Of a stretch of 64,000 nt of DNA, positions 42,161 to 53,068 are shown piece by piece. Under the pieces are notes generated by a model that ran no database searches, was not told where the DNA came from, and was given only the letters and a program-made list of their open reading frames with translations. The translations under genes and the position numbers were made by a program. Every line of letters starts with the position of its first letter. Within the stretch, counting starts at the first letter, position 1. Location of the stretch: positions 64,001 to 128,000 of the forward strand of contig CAVQGX010000018.1 in assembly GCA_963712115.1 (NCBI GenBank). Direction: 5' to 3'. The stretch comes from an uncultured delta proteobacterium (GTDB lineage Bacteria > Desulfobacterota > Syntrophobacteria > BM002).

Positions 42161-43945
42161 TTAGAAGATAACTCTGACCCCTCCCAGATCTTTGATGGAA
42201 AAGTTGTGCTTCTCCTCAGGGGCACCGATAAAGATATTATTTGCAGGCACTCCAAATTCCTTGGACACTGCATCTATAATCTCTGGACCAAATTTACCCT
42301 CCCGCGCTACAAACTTTATTCTCAACATGGGGTAGATTTCCTCTAACGCCTCCAGGCTGCGTTTAACTGCCTCTTCTTCACTTTGTCCAGGATTTGAATA
42401 AAGATGGAAAACCACCACCGAGCGGCTTGATTCGTTGTGAACGATGTATTCGAAGGCATCGTGTAGGCGACGTAAATTACCTCCTCTGGTAAAGAGCACA
42501 ACTCGTTGCTCGGTTAAACCGGTTATCAGGTCTATAATAATCGTCCGCCAGACCAAGAACCTGCCCATAAGATTATTTAGTACCTGCAAGATGGTTCTAT
42601 AAAGCGGAATGCGCAGATACATGAGGACAACCAAGCACACCGTGGGGATAAAGTACTGCAGAAAGTAGAGCAAATTTCTGCGGTCAATAAAGACATTGCC
42701 AGCTATACCTAAACTGGTCGCCAGAATGGCCACCAATATTGTGAGCCAGCCAGCGCGGTAAGTGCGTTTCAGCTCTTTGCGTCTGGTCTTGAGCAAAATA
42801 TCGCCGATACCGAAAAGGGTCATGACTCCGAGAAAGGAGATGGTGTAAACGCCGGCCAGTGAAAGCAAGCTTCCCTTGGTAACCAAGAGAATGGAGGAGC
42901 ATAGGAGAAAGAAAGTGATAATGATGCGGTGGCTGGTATTTCTCCGGCTTTTTTTCAAGAAGAATTGAGGCAAACACTGATCCAGGGCCATCCGGTGCAC
43001 CAGTCCGGTAACTCCCACAAAGCTTGTTAAAACCGCACCCGAGAGCACCAGGGTGGCATCCACCACAATTATTATTTTGAAGGTCTGGCCAGCCATTAAA
43101 TGTGCCATTTCAGACAACAAATAATCTTTGTGACCAACAATTTCGGCTAAGGGCAGGAGGTTTAAGGAAAGGATAGAGGTAATAGGGTTAAATATGGCTA
43201 CTGCAATAAGCATGTTTCGCAGGGTCTTGCGAAAGACGCCTACATCCTGCTCCTCAACGAAGTTGGCCGAGCTCTCAAAACCACTTATCCCCAGTAAAGC
43301 TGCTGAAAAACCCAGGGAAAGGGCTATGAGAAGGTCTTTACCTACAGGGAGGGTGCTGAGGTTTGCCTTGAGTATGTGGAAGTCAGTGGGCAATTTGATG
43401 AAGCCGAGGAGGCAGAAGGCTGCCAGGGTCGACATGTGGAAGATGAAGATGGTAAGGGCCACTACAGCGGATTCGGTAATGCCGATGATGGCCAAGGTGG
43501 CGAATATTGCAAGAATAATAATGGTAACTTCCATGACACCCAAGCCGGGGAATATGGTGTGAAGGTATTCGGCAGCCGTTTTGGATGAGATTACTGCTGT
43601 GGCGATGTAGGAGAGAATAGTCATACATGCTGCCAGAGCTGCAGCGAATTTGGAAGTGCAGTTGAGCAGGCAGTTGTAGGTGCCTCCGTTCAAGGGGAGG
43701 GCTTCTACAACCTCGGTATAGACCTTTTTGTAGAGGTAGAGGACCCCAACAACCATGAGCAGCACCAGTGGAGCCAAAACGCCCGCGTAGACAGCGGCAA
43801 TGGCAGATACATAGAGACAGGAAGATGTGATGTCATTACCGCATATTCCTGTGGCCAGCCACTGGTTCAGTCTCTTGTGGGGCGCAGTTCCGGCGAAGAG
43901 CTCTGTTGGGGTTGAAGGGGATGCGGTCTTTTTATTGTTTTCCAA
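42161..43945 (-). CDS. APC-family amino acid permease
   Basis: ATGICGNDITSSCLY, LPLNGGTY, SGFESSANFVEE, many TM helices, C-terminal soluble domain. Confidence 0.9.
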   Translation of the reverse strand: MENNKKTASPSTPTELFAGTAPHKRLNQWLATGICGNDITSSCLYVSAIAAVYAGVLAPLVLLMVVGVLYLYKKVYTEVVEALPLNGGTYNCLLNCTSKFAAALAACMTILSYIATAVISSKTAAEYLHTIFPGLGVMEVTIIILAIFATLAIIGITESAVVALTIFIFHMSTLAAFCLLGFIKLPTDFHILKANLSTLPVGKDLLIALSLGFSAALLGISGFESSANFVEEQDVGVFRKTLRNMLIAVAIFNPITSILSLNLLPLAEIVGHKDYLLSEMAHLMAGQTFKIIIVVDATLVLSGAVLTSFVGVTGLVHRMALDQCLPQFFLKKSRRNTSHRIIITFFLLCSSILLVTKGSLLSLAGVYTISFLGVMTLFGIGDILLKTRRKELKRTYRAGWLTILVAILATSLGIAGNVFIDRRNLLYFLQYFIPTVCLVVLMYLRIPLYRTILQVLNNLMGRFLVWRTIIIDLITGLTEQRVVLFTRGGNLRRLHDAFEYIVHNESSRSVVVFHLYSNPGQSEEEAVKRSLEALEEIYPMLRIKFVAREGKFGPEIIDAVSKEFGVPANNIFIGAPEEKHNFSIKDLGGVRVIF

Positions 43946-44312
43946 AATCCGTATTGTTCTCCCTGGGAAATGAATAGATTACACGGGCAAATATCTTATA
44001 GTAACTAATCTCGTCTGTCTAGCACCTGGGGCTATAATGCTGAGCTGTATATTAACTATCTAAAATAATTTAACTTTACTTAATAACATTATAAAGACTT
44101 CGTCTGATTTCTTGAGGCAATCAGCAAACAAGAAAAGTACTTATAACCCATATCAAACCAGAGATCAAAGCCGGGTTATATGCAACCCATGTCCTCTGCT
44201 GCCATCAACTGCTCTGCATTTTGCAATTATTCTATTGTAATTTAAAGGTGTTATGGGTTAGGGTTAGACTGTAATCAGACCAAGACTTCAAATCAGGGGC
44301 TGAAGGCACACA

Positions 44313-46061
44313 ATGAGATTACCAGAAGGCCTTCAGATAACCAACTTGCTTAAGAGATGGCGGCTTGAGGAGCACCTCACTCTGTATCTCCTTGCCATTG
44401 CTGTGGGCATACTGGGTGGCTATGGAGCCATTCTGTTCCGGCTACTAATAAAAGGTTTTCAGTTAATATTCTACCAAAACAGTAGCGACTTTCTTTCCTT
44501 TGCCCACAAAGTCCCATTTTATTTGAAAGTTCTTATCCCAGCCATAGGGGGATTGCTTGTAGGGCTCATCGTCCGCTGGGGTACTGAAAAGGCAAGGGGT
44601 CACGGAGTCCCGGAACTCATCGAGGCCGTGGTTCTCAGGGGGGGAAGGATTTCCTGGCGGACGGCTGCAGCGAGGGTGTCTGCCGCGGCTGTCACTATAG
44701 GTTCAGGCGGATCCGTGGGTCGAGAGGGGCCGATCATACATATAGGTTCATTCTTAGGTTCTGCCGTGGCCCAACTTATGCGCTTGACCAGGGACAGGGA
44801 ACGTATTTTGATGAGCTGTGGCGCTGCAGCGGGAATAAGCGCTACCTTTCATGCCCCCATTGCCGGCATGCTCTTTGCCGTAGAGGTGCTTCTGGGAGAC
44901 TTTTCCCTGGGGACTTTCTCTCCAATAATTCTGGCCTCTGTCACGGCGGCAGTGATTTCCGGCTTTCATTTGGGAGACTTTCCAGCCTTTATAGCACCTT
45001 CTTTCCAAATAGTTTCTTTCTGGGAATATGCTCTCTATCCCCTGCTAGGTATTTTGTGTGGTCTGGTAGCAGTGGGGTTTACCACAAGTCTATATTTCTG
45101 CGAGGATCGCTTCAGTAATCTACCCGTGCCTGCCTGGGTGAGACCCGCTATAGGTGGCATGTTGTTAGGTTCCATGTTGCTGGTAATACCGGAGGTTTTT
45201 GGTGTGGGGTACGGCGCAATAAATAATGCCCTGATGAACAAAATGTCCCTCGCTCTAATGGGAGCTCTTATCTTTGGCAAAATCTTGGCAACCTCTGTTA
45301 GCCTGGGGTCAGGATCGACCGGCGGCATCCTGGCACCTTCCCTTTTTGTTGGTGTCATGACCGGCGGGACCTTCGGCTGGTTGGTAGGAGAAGTGTTGCC
45401 AGAGCTTTCTGCAGTAAGTAACTATGCTCTGGTCGGCATGGGTGCGCTATTGGCTGGCACTACTCATGCGCCGGTGACAGCGATCCTGCTGATTTTTGAA
45501 CTGTCAGGCAGCTATCACATTGTTCTGCCTCTGTTGATGGCTTGTATCCTCAGCACTATAACCGCCTCATTATTGAAGCGCGGGTCCATCTATAGTCTCA
45601 AGCTTTTGCGGCGGGGAGTTGAAATTTCCCATGGGCGAGAGCAAACGATCCTAAAAACCATTACGGTAAGAGATGTTATGGTTAGCGATGTTAAAAGCGT
45701 ACTGGAGTCTGCTCCAATGGTAAAGGTGGTGGACCTCTTCAGAAAATTTAATTTATCTTGCCTCTCAGTGGTAAACCACAAGGGTGAGCTGCTGGGGATG
45801 ATATCCTTCCATGATATCGCAGGTGCCGCTTCAGAGGAGGAGATGTCACATCTGCTCATAGCCAGAGATATGGCTGACACAGAGGTTGACACGGTAGTTC
45901 CCACTGACACCCTTGATAAGGTTCTGGAGAAAATGGAGGCGGAAAAGGTGGGCCAGCTGCCTGTGGTGGCAGAGGACGGCTCAGGAAAACTCATGGGGTT
46001 AGTGGTGGAGAGAGACGTGGTTAATGCTTACGAGAGTGAGTTGCGACTGCGATGGTTATGA
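44313..46061 (+). CDS. CLC chloride channel/antiporter with CBS domains (1)
   Basis: GHGVPE, GREGP, GGILAPSL, C-terminal CBS pair. Confidence 0.93.
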   Translation: MRLPEGLQITNLLKRWRLEEHLTLYLLAIAVGILGGYGAILFRLLIKGFQLIFYQNSSDFLSFAHKVPFYLKVLIPAIGGLLVGLIVRWGTEKARGHGVPELIEAVVLRGGRISWRTAAARVSAAAVTIGSGGSVGREGPIIHIGSFLGSAVAQLMRLTRDRERILMSCGAAAGISATFHAPIAGMLFAVEVLLGDFSLGTFSPIILASVTAAVISGFHLGDFPAFIAPSFQIVSFWEYALYPLLGILCGLVAVGFTTSLYFCEDRFSNLPVPAWVRPAIGGMLLGSMLLVIPEVFGVGYGAINNALMNKMSLALMGALIFGKILATSVSLGSGSTGGILAPSLFVGVMTGGTFGWLVGEVLPELSAVSNYALVGMGALLAGTTHAPVTAILLIFELSGSYHIVLPLLMACILSTITASLLKRGSIYSLKLLRRGVEISHGREQTILKTITVRDVMVSDVKSVLESAPMVKVVDLFRKFNLSCLSVVNHKGELLGMISFHDIAGAASEEEMSHLLIARDMADTEVDTVVPTDTLDKVLEKMEAEKVGQLPVVAEDGSGKLMGLVVERDVVNAYESELRLRWL

Positions 46062-46293
46062 AAAGGCAGCTGGCAGCGGACAGCCTGCAGCAGGCAGCGA
46101 TAGGACAGGGGACAGAAGTCGGAAGTCAGAGGTCGGAGGTCGGAAGACAGAGGACAGATTTTTCTGATGGGTGCAGCTTTCCCCGCCCGCCTCGCCTGAG
46201 CGCGCCTCAGGCGGACGATGGCTGGCAGGCAGCCGCTATCATGAAAGACAAAGCTGGCAGCTGAAGGCTGATAGCTGAAAGCTCAAAAAACAA

Positions 46294-47397
46294 ATGACCG
46301 ATTACCGCGACATATTGGACAGCATAGACCGAGGTATTGTCACCCTAGATCTTCAGGGTAAGATTACCTCCTGTAACCGAGCCCTGGAAGAAATACTGGA
46401 AGTGGAGGCAAAGACGATTGTCGGTCATTCTCTGGAAGAGGCCTTTAGAAGGGAAGATCCTTTTTACCAGTTGTTGCAAGAATCTATTCAAGAAGAACCA
46501 CTTCTCCAGGACAGGGACCTGGCTTATACCAGCAAAAAAGGCAGGATCAAACCGCTGCGGGTTACAGCCTTTCCCCTCAAGAAGAAAACAGGAGAAAGGG
46601 TAGGGGGAATTTTGCTGGTAAAAGACATGACCGAAATTCGCAAGTTGGAAGAGAGAGTCCAGCGGGCCTCAAGGCTTGCAGCCTTGGGTCAACTGACCCA
46701 GCGACTTGTCCATGAAATTCGCAACCCACTGAGCGCTATGGATATCAATCTCCAGCTCCTACAGGAACGTCTGGGGTCCCGCAGCGAGGATCCTGAGATT
46801 GGCAGGTATTTGGAGATTATAAGTACGGAAACTAGGAGGCTCAATGAAGTACTGCGTAACGCCCAGGTTTTCTCCAAGCCAGAATCGCCGGATCTGGAGA
46901 CAGTTGACCTTCACCAGATAATTGACCAGGTGTTATTCCTCATAAAGGAAGAAGCGTTTCGCAAAAAAATTGAGATCTCCGAGAGCTTGCGGGCCAAGCA
47001 TAATATGGTCAAGGCTGACCCTGATCAGATGAAGCAGGTTTTCCTCAACCTTTTCAAGAACAGCATCGAGGCGATGAGCGAGGGTGGTAAATTCGAGGTG
47101 CTTTCAAGAAATGATGTCCAGGGCAAAATCATTGGAGTAGAACTGGTGGATACGGGGAGCGGCATCCCCATGGCCAACCTGCAGCGCGTCTTTGACCCGT
47201 ACTTTACAACCAAGAAAAAAGGCACCGGTCTAGGGCTCAGTATTGTCCACAATATTATTGCCCAGCATGGCGGAACCATTGATGTAACCAGCTGGCTGGG
47301 CGAGGGGACGATTTTTAGCATAATACTGCCCCTTGCGTCAGGTGAGAAAGAAAACAATGGAGATGCAAAGACCAAGAATCCTGATCGTAGACGATGA
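46294..47397 (+). CDS. Cytoplasmic PAS histidine kinase
   Basis: PAS, HEIRNPL, NLFKNS, DTGSG, GTGLGL; no TM segment seen. Confidence 0.93.
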   Translation: MTDYRDILDSIDRGIVTLDLQGKITSCNRALEEILEVEAKTIVGHSLEEAFRREDPFYQLLQESIQEEPLLQDRDLAYTSKKGRIKPLRVTAFPLKKKTGERVGGILLVKDMTEIRKLEERVQRASRLAALGQLTQRLVHEIRNPLSAMDINLQLLQERLGSRSEDPEIGRYLEIISTETRRLNEVLRNAQVFSKPESPDLETVDLHQIIDQVLFLIKEEAFRKKIEISESLRAKHNMVKADPDQMKQVFLNLFKNSIEAMSEGGKFEVLSRNDVQGKIIGVELVDTGSGIPMANLQRVFDPYFTTKKKGTGLGLSIVHNIIAQHGGTIDVTSWLGEGTIFSIILPLASGEKENNGDAKTKNPDRRR

Positions 47398-48715
47398 GCC
47401 CAACATACGCCAAGGTCTTGCAGAGGCCCTCGACGATCAGGGCTATGAGATTGAACAGGCCGCGAGCGGTGAGGCCGCCTTGGAAATTATCAGGTTGAAG
47501 CCCTTTGACCTCGTGCTGATTGATCTGGTCATGGAGGAGATGGACGGCATAGAGGTCTTGCGGGAGATCAATAAGGAATGGCCTCAGACTGAGGTGGTGA
47601 TCATCACTGCCCACGGTACCATTGAAACGGCGGTTAAGGCTCTCAAGGAGGGTGCATACGATTATCTTACTAAGCCGATTAATGTGAAACGGTTCCGCTC
47701 CTATATACACAACATCCTGCGAGCCCAAGAGTTACAGGAGGAAAATAGGCGGCTAAGAGAACAACTTCGTACTGAGCAAGACTACAGCCAGATCATCGGC
47801 CGAAGTGAAAAGCTTCTTACCATGCTGGAGATGATAGACCAACTGGCGCCAACTGATGTCACCATTCTTATCGAAGGGGAGAGCGGCACTGGTAAAGAGC
47901 TCGTGGCCCATGCCATCCACCAGAAGAGCGGGAGAGGGCAAAAGCCTTTCATCTCGGTTAACTGTGGCGCCTTGCCCAGAGAACTTATCGGTAGTGAACT
48001 CTTTGGCCACGAGAAAGGCGCTTTTACCGGAGCGTCGCAACAGAAACAAGGGAGATTCGAACTGGCTGACCGTGGTACACTTTTTTTGGATGAAATAGCT
48101 GAAATGAACCTGGAAGTCCAGGTGACATTATTGAGGATCTTAGAAGAAGGCCGATTTCGTCGGGTCGGAGGCACCCGCGAAGTCAAGGTGAATGTAAGGG
48201 TGATTGCCGCTACCAACAAGAGTCTCAAAGAGCAGGTCAAAGGAGGTAGATTCAGAGAAGATCTCTTCTATCGGTTGAACGTAGTGCGCATGAGTCTTCC
48301 ACCCTTGCGTGAGAGACAAGAGGATATTGAACCCCTGGCGCAGCACTTCTTGGACACTTTCTCAGCCAAGTACCACAAGTCCAATCTCAAGTTTGCCTCA
48401 GAGTTAAGCGAAAGACTGGCCCACTATCAATGGCCGGGAAATATCCGGGAGTTGAAGAACTGCATCGAGCGGGCCGTAATTCTGACACGCGAACCGGTAA
48501 TTGGGCTGGATCTGCTTCCCGAAAGGCTACAGCGAGAATCTGACCTGCCGACAAGGGCAGGAGTTTCTGTGGGCCTGTCCCTGGCTGAGATGGAGAGGGA
48601 AATGATTAGCCAGACCTTGGAGCACACAGGAGGCCACCGGAAACGCACAGCCGAGATTCTGGGAATAAGCGAAAGGGATCTGTATTACAAACTTAAGAAA
48701 TATCAGCTCAAATAG
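47357..48715 (+). CDS. Sigma54-dependent NtrC-family response regulator
   Basis: REC, GESGTGKE, GAFTGA, LFLDEI, WPGNIREL, C-terminal HTH. Confidence 0.95.
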   Translation: MEMQRPRILIVDDEPNIRQGLAEALDDQGYEIEQAASGEAALEIIRLKPFDLVLIDLVMEEMDGIEVLREINKEWPQTEVVIITAHGTIETAVKALKEGAYDYLTKPINVKRFRSYIHNILRAQELQEENRRLREQLRTEQDYSQIIGRSEKLLTMLEMIDQLAPTDVTILIEGESGTGKELVAHAIHQKSGRGQKPFISVNCGALPRELIGSELFGHEKGAFTGASQQKQGRFELADRGTLFLDEIAEMNLEVQVTLLRILEEGRFRRVGGTREVKVNVRVIAATNKSLKEQVKGGRFREDLFYRLNVVRMSLPPLRERQEDIEPLAQHFLDTFSAKYHKSNLKFASELSERLAHYQWPGNIRELKNCIERAVILTREPVIGLDLLPERLQRESDLPTRAGVSVGLSLAEMEREMISQTLEHTGGHRKRTAEILGISERDLYYKLKKYQLK

Positions 48716-48910
48716 TAATTAAATTGAGGGATTAAGGGATTAGAGTATTAAGAAATTAAGATAAGAATTTTGGTCGGCAATCTAGGAAATATTCATTTTT
48801 TTAATTCCTACATTTAGACATTTTAGCTCACTTTAGACAATTTAGGCATTTAAGATACGTAGGGTGGGCACTGCCCAGCGGATTCTTCAAAGCCACAAAG
48901 GGTGATTCTT

Positions 48911-49128
48911 CTGCAAAGTTTGCATAAGCCGAAAGATGCTGATATAACAGTATAAATAAAACCATTACCCCGATCTTCTCAAGCTGACAGAGTGTAAAAT
49001 CTGCAAAAGTTGCAGATTATTATTTTTTTGTCTGTCTTCTCTATGCATAAGCTAGGCTTTTAAGTAATTGAAATTGTTAAATTAAGTCTCCAGTATAAAA
49101 TAATGTCTTCCTTGGCATCGTCCTTGCT
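48911..49128 (+). promoter_or_regulatory. Sigma54 promoter with UAS and IHF-like site
   Basis: TGCA-N5-TGCA at 48912-48924 and within AATCTGCAAAAGTTGCAGATT at 48998-49018; TAAGTAATTGAAA at 49061-49073; TGGCATCGTCCTTGCT at 49113-49128. Confidence 0.8.
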
Positions 49129-49180
49129 ACAGTGAACTGTGGACTATTTAGGGCAATTTCTGTACTGGAAGGAGAAGATT

Positions 49181-49717
49181 ATGCAGCTTGGACAATTCCT
49201 GGACAAGAAACACGTGATTCTGGACATTCAGAACCTAGAGGGGCTTGATTGTCTGGAGGAGATCCTTGAGCGAGTTGCCACGGAGGGCTACTTGCGCAAC
49301 AAGATGAAAGCTCTCGACGAGTTGGTTGAACGAGAGCAACTAGCCACCACTGCTATCGGAGGCGGTATGGCCATTCCTCATGTGTTCACCGACGAAGCCC
49401 GACGCCCTCTCATGATCATGGCAAGATCGGTGGAAGGGGTGGCCTTCGAGTCGTTGGATGGCAAACCTGTAAATATTATCTTCGTGGCTATGGCTCCGCG
49501 GAAGGACAAGGAACTATTCATTAATATTCTCTACCATCTGGTTCGTTTCCTGAAAGTCAAAGAGAACTTCCAAGACATTATGGAAGCGAAGGACATCGAT
49601 GCTGTGCTGGAGGTCATTGCCCGGGCAAAGGACAACCTGTTGTCTGAGAAACTGAAGCGATTGGTCAAGGATGAGGTCTATCCTTACCGTGTACCCGGAA
49701 CTGGTATTTCAGGTTAA
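49181..49717 (+). CDS. PTS EIIA (Ntr/Fru-type) domain protein
   Basis: EREQLATTAIGGGMAIPH, FESLDGKPV; SD AAGGAG before the ATG at 49181. Confidence 0.88.
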   Translation: MQLGQFLDKKHVILDIQNLEGLDCLEEILERVATEGYLRNKMKALDELVEREQLATTAIGGGMAIPHVFTDEARRPLMIMARSVEGVAFESLDGKPVNIIFVAMAPRKDKELFINILYHLVRFLKVKENFQDIMEAKDIDAVLEVIARAKDNLLSEKLKRLVKDEVYPYRVPGTGISG

Positions 49718-49758
49718 AACTGAGCTACGAGATCTGCTAGTTAGAAGAGGATCGACTG

Positions 49759-51540
49759 TTGATGAAGCCTTCGGCCAAAGATGAAATCGTCCGCTCTCTT
49801 AGAAATCAGTTGCTCGACTTCTTTCGTCGTTACAAGCTGAGCGATCAAACCTTTCTGATCATTGTCGCGGTGATAGTAGGGTTTTTGGGCGGCCTTGGAA
49901 GCATCTTTTTTGAGAAGCTTATCGAATTAGGCCAACATTTCTTTTTTGAGATTGTTCCCCACATAGTTGGAAACCCCAAATGGCTCATAATTCTGATTCC
50001 CGCCTTCGGAGCGGTATTTCTCGCTCCCCTCATCTACTTTTTTCCGGTTGAAGCCAAAAGTGATGGCGTTCCGGCAACCATGGAAGCTGTAGCTCTAAAG
50101 GGCGGCATCATTAAGGTGCGTACCTTCTGCACCAGGATGCTCGCCTCTGCCATTACCCTCGGGTCGGGCGGCTCAGCAGGTAAGGAAGGCCCCATCATTC
50201 AGATCGGCGCATCGATAGGCTCCGCAGTTGGCCAGTTCTTCAAAGTTTCCGGAGAGAGGATGAGGGTGATGGTGGGCTGCGGTGCCGCGGCTGGCCTTGC
50301 CGCCATATTCAACGCACCCATTGCCGGAGTGCTTTTTGCGCTAGAGGTGGTGCTCGGAGAATTCAGCGTGCATAGCTTCAGCCCCATTGTCATCTCATCG
50401 GTGGTGGCAACTGCTGTCAGCCGGGCTTGGCTGGTAGAAGGTGCTGCCCTGAAACTCCCACCCTACCAGCTGTTCAGCTACTGGGAGATTGGTTTCTATG
50501 CGCTCCTCGGCATCGCTGCCGGTGTAGTCTCTGTGTGCTTTACCAAGGCCTTGCATAAGGTTGAAGAACTGTTTCATCGTCATGCTCCGGTCAAGAGCCA
50601 TTGGCAACCAATACTGGGCGGCTTGGTAGTGGGAATGATCGGTTTCTTTTTTCCTCATATTCTCGGTTGTTCATATGCACCTATCACCGAGGCTATTCAG
50701 GGTAATTTTCTGTGGAACACCTTGCTGGCCTTGCTCGTACTCAAAATAATTGCTACCGCTTTTACTCTTGGTTCCGGAGGCTCTGGCGGCATCCTCTACC
50801 CATGCCTTTTCATGGGTGCTACGCTCGGAGGTATTTTGGGTTACGCATTTAATCTTCTGGCACCCGGAATCGCCCCCTCAGCAGGTGGTTATGCCCTGGT
50901 TGGCATGGGAGCCGTGCTAGGAGCCGCGGTCCAAGCACCCATGGCCGCCATCATGATGGGCTTCGAATTAACTGGAAGTTATACCGTTATCCTCCCACTA
51001 ATGACTGCCTGCGTTTTGGCCACAGTGGTTCACCGCAGAATTATGCGTCACTCAATCTACACGCAAGCTCTGGTGGATCGTGGCATCGACATCTCGGCCG
51101 CCCGGGAGATGGGGGTGCTTACCATTCTTACCGTGGCTGATGTGATGAGTCGCGAGGTGCCGAAGATTCCCAGTAACCTGCCTTATAACGAGGTGGTGCG
51201 TCTTTGCCTCACAGGGCAGGGCAATTATCTCTACACCACCGACGAGGAGGACAACCTGGAAGGAGTCATCTCATTTCAGGACATAAAAGAATTCATCTAC
51301 GATGATCAACTCAACGGGCTGGTTTTTGCCGGGGATCTGGCCAATCGCGATGTGGTGTACGTTACCCCGGACGAGACTCTGGCTTCTTCCCTGAACAAGT
51401 TCAGTTACATTGATATGGAGGAGCTCCCAGTGGTGGGTGAAGATGACGGTTTCCGTCGGCTACTGGGAATCATCACCCGAAGCGAGCTGATGAAGATTTA
51501 CCGAAAAGAAATGCTAAAACGCGTTATGATTGAATCTTAG
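49759..51540 (+). CDS. CLC chloride channel/antiporter with CBS domains (2)
   Basis: SDGVPA, GKEGP, GGILYPCL, CBS pair. Confidence 0.93.
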   Translation: MMKPSAKDEIVRSLRNQLLDFFRRYKLSDQTFLIIVAVIVGFLGGLGSIFFEKLIELGQHFFFEIVPHIVGNPKWLIILIPAFGAVFLAPLIYFFPVEAKSDGVPATMEAVALKGGIIKVRTFCTRMLASAITLGSGGSAGKEGPIIQIGASIGSAVGQFFKVSGERMRVMVGCGAAAGLAAIFNAPIAGVLFALEVVLGEFSVHSFSPIVISSVVATAVSRAWLVEGAALKLPPYQLFSYWEIGFYALLGIAAGVVSVCFTKALHKVEELFHRHAPVKSHWQPILGGLVVGMIGFFFPHILGCSYAPITEAIQGNFLWNTLLALLVLKIIATAFTLGSGGSGGILYPCLFMGATLGGILGYAFNLLAPGIAPSAGGYALVGMGAVLGAAVQAPMAAIMMGFELTGSYTVILPLMTACVLATVVHRRIMRHSIYTQALVDRGIDISAAREMGVLTILTVADVMSREVPKIPSNLPYNEVVRLCLTGQGNYLYTTDEEDNLEGVISFQDIKEFIYDDQLNGLVFAGDLANRDVVYVTPDETLASSLNKFSYIDMEELPVVGEDDGFRRLLGIITRSELMKIYRKEMLKRVMIES

Positions 51541-51577
51541 ACGCAATACTAAATCCCACCATCCCTAGCTTAACCCA

Positions 51578-51655
51578 AAATTCACCCATTGCTGGTTTGA
51601 CCACATATGGGTAGTTTTACCCAGTTTTGGTCAAGGCATGAAATGGGTAAAAATT
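51578..51655. promoter_or_regulatory. Nested imperfect inverted repeat
   Basis: ACCCATT..TTGACCA..TGGGTA-GTTT-TACCCA..TGGTCAA..AATGGGT. Confidence 0.5.
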
Positions 51656-51981
51656 TTTGTTTACTACACCTCCGGAAAAGGTAGTCTCCTTTTGCATCCA
51701 TTCTTTTTCCTTGCATCCATTGCGCTAATTATATAGATTAACAAGAAATACTCCTTTTCAGGCGCGCGCATGATGTTGTATTCCCCGGAGATGCCAGTGC
51801 AGAGATAAGTTTGTCTTGCAGCGAGAGTTACCGTTCGCAATTCATCTTCGCGTACAGTTCAGCCAGTTGTTGGCTGTACAGATGGAAAACTGGTACTCCG
51901 AAGGCGCAATACTTTCCCTTAATCAACCTTGGATTTAAGCAAAAATTCTTGGAATAAACCCGCAAGCGCAGTGGAGAAAAC

Positions 51982-53034
51982 ATGGAGTGGGAAAGAATTA
52001 TCTTGATGGTGCTCGGCATTATCGTACTGTGCTCCTTTTTCCCCTTTTCAGTTATTTCCTTCCATAAGTACAGATTGCCCAAGAAGCGCCGCGAGTATGA
52101 ACGCATACGAAGGATTTTGGGCAAGGACAAAGATACCGGCGAGGAAGAAACATTACAGGAGCTCGTTCAAGAGGAGTACAAAGGCAGAGATTACATCCTG
52201 CCGGTATGTTTTGTTACGTTGTTTTGCGCTCTCGGGTTCTGGGTTCTTTTCTCGGACATACCACCCATAATTTTGACTGGAATTTCAGCCGGCGAGTTCG
52301 GCGATACGAGTTCAGGCGCGTTGCCCTATACCCACCTTAGTCTGGTGGCCATGGGTATGGCAATTCTCGGCAGCTATGTCTGGTCAATCCAGTATATCGC
52401 CAGGCGACTTATCAATCTGGACCTATCGCCCGGGGCATATTACAGCATGGGGACGCGCATTATTTTTGCTACATTTGTCTCCCTGACTTTTCACCACTTC
52501 ATTCAGTCAATGTATCCCGAGGCCAGGAAGGAAATGATTGAACTACTGCCTGTTATTGCATTTTTCACTGGCGTATTCCCCCAAAGTGCCACGCAATACA
52601 TCCAGGAAAAACTGCTTGTGTTCAAAAAGTTGGGAAAAGGGGCACATGAGCTGTCCTTGGAGATGATCGAGGGAATGAACTTGTTCCACAGAGTGCGACT
52701 GTCCGAGGTGGGCATCGACAATGCGCAAAATCTCGCTGAGGCTAATTTAGAGGAACTGATTCGGAAAACATCTTTTAACCCCCGACTGCTACTTGATTGG
52801 ATCGCCCAGGCCAAGCTGTATGTAATTGTCAAGGATCAGATCAGCAGCCTGCGGAGGGTGGGCGTCAGAACAGTCCTGGACTTTCAAGCAGCCGGGGCAG
52901 AAAACGGGCTTTCAACCCTGGCCCAGCTATCTGAGATGTCCCAAGAGCAGCTAGCTACCGTGCACCGGGTGATCAGCGAAGATCCAGACGTGGATACCAT
53001 AGCCAGAGCGCGGAAAAATCTGAGTGAAAGTTGA
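51982..53034 (+). CDS. Uncharacterised multi-pass membrane protein with C-terminal HhH-like (DUF4332-like) domain
   Basis: About 5 hydrophobic segments, then LEMIEGM..HRVRLSEVGIDNAQNLAEAN..LRRVGVRT. Confidence 0.7.
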   Translation: MEWERIILMVLGIIVLCSFFPFSVISFHKYRLPKKRREYERIRRILGKDKDTGEEETLQELVQEEYKGRDYILPVCFVTLFCALGFWVLFSDIPPIILTGISAGEFGDTSSGALPYTHLSLVAMGMAILGSYVWSIQYIARRLINLDLSPGAYYSMGTRIIFATFVSLTFHHFIQSMYPEARKEMIELLPVIAFFTGVFPQSATQYIQEKLLVFKKLGKGAHELSLEMIEGMNLFHRVRLSEVGIDNAQNLAEANLEELIRKTSFNPRLLLDWIAQAKLYVIVKDQISSLRRVGVRTVLDFQAAGAENGLSTLAQLSEMSQEQLATVHRVISEDPDVDTIARARKNLSES

Positions 53035-53068
53035 GGCTGGAGAACGCTCCGCGCTAAAGGAGGCAAAG

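Noticed and set aside
51890-51906. Possible sigma54 promoter TGGTAC...AGGC upstream of the five-gene operon
   Set aside because: Spacing fits but the -12 element is poor, so it is not supportable.
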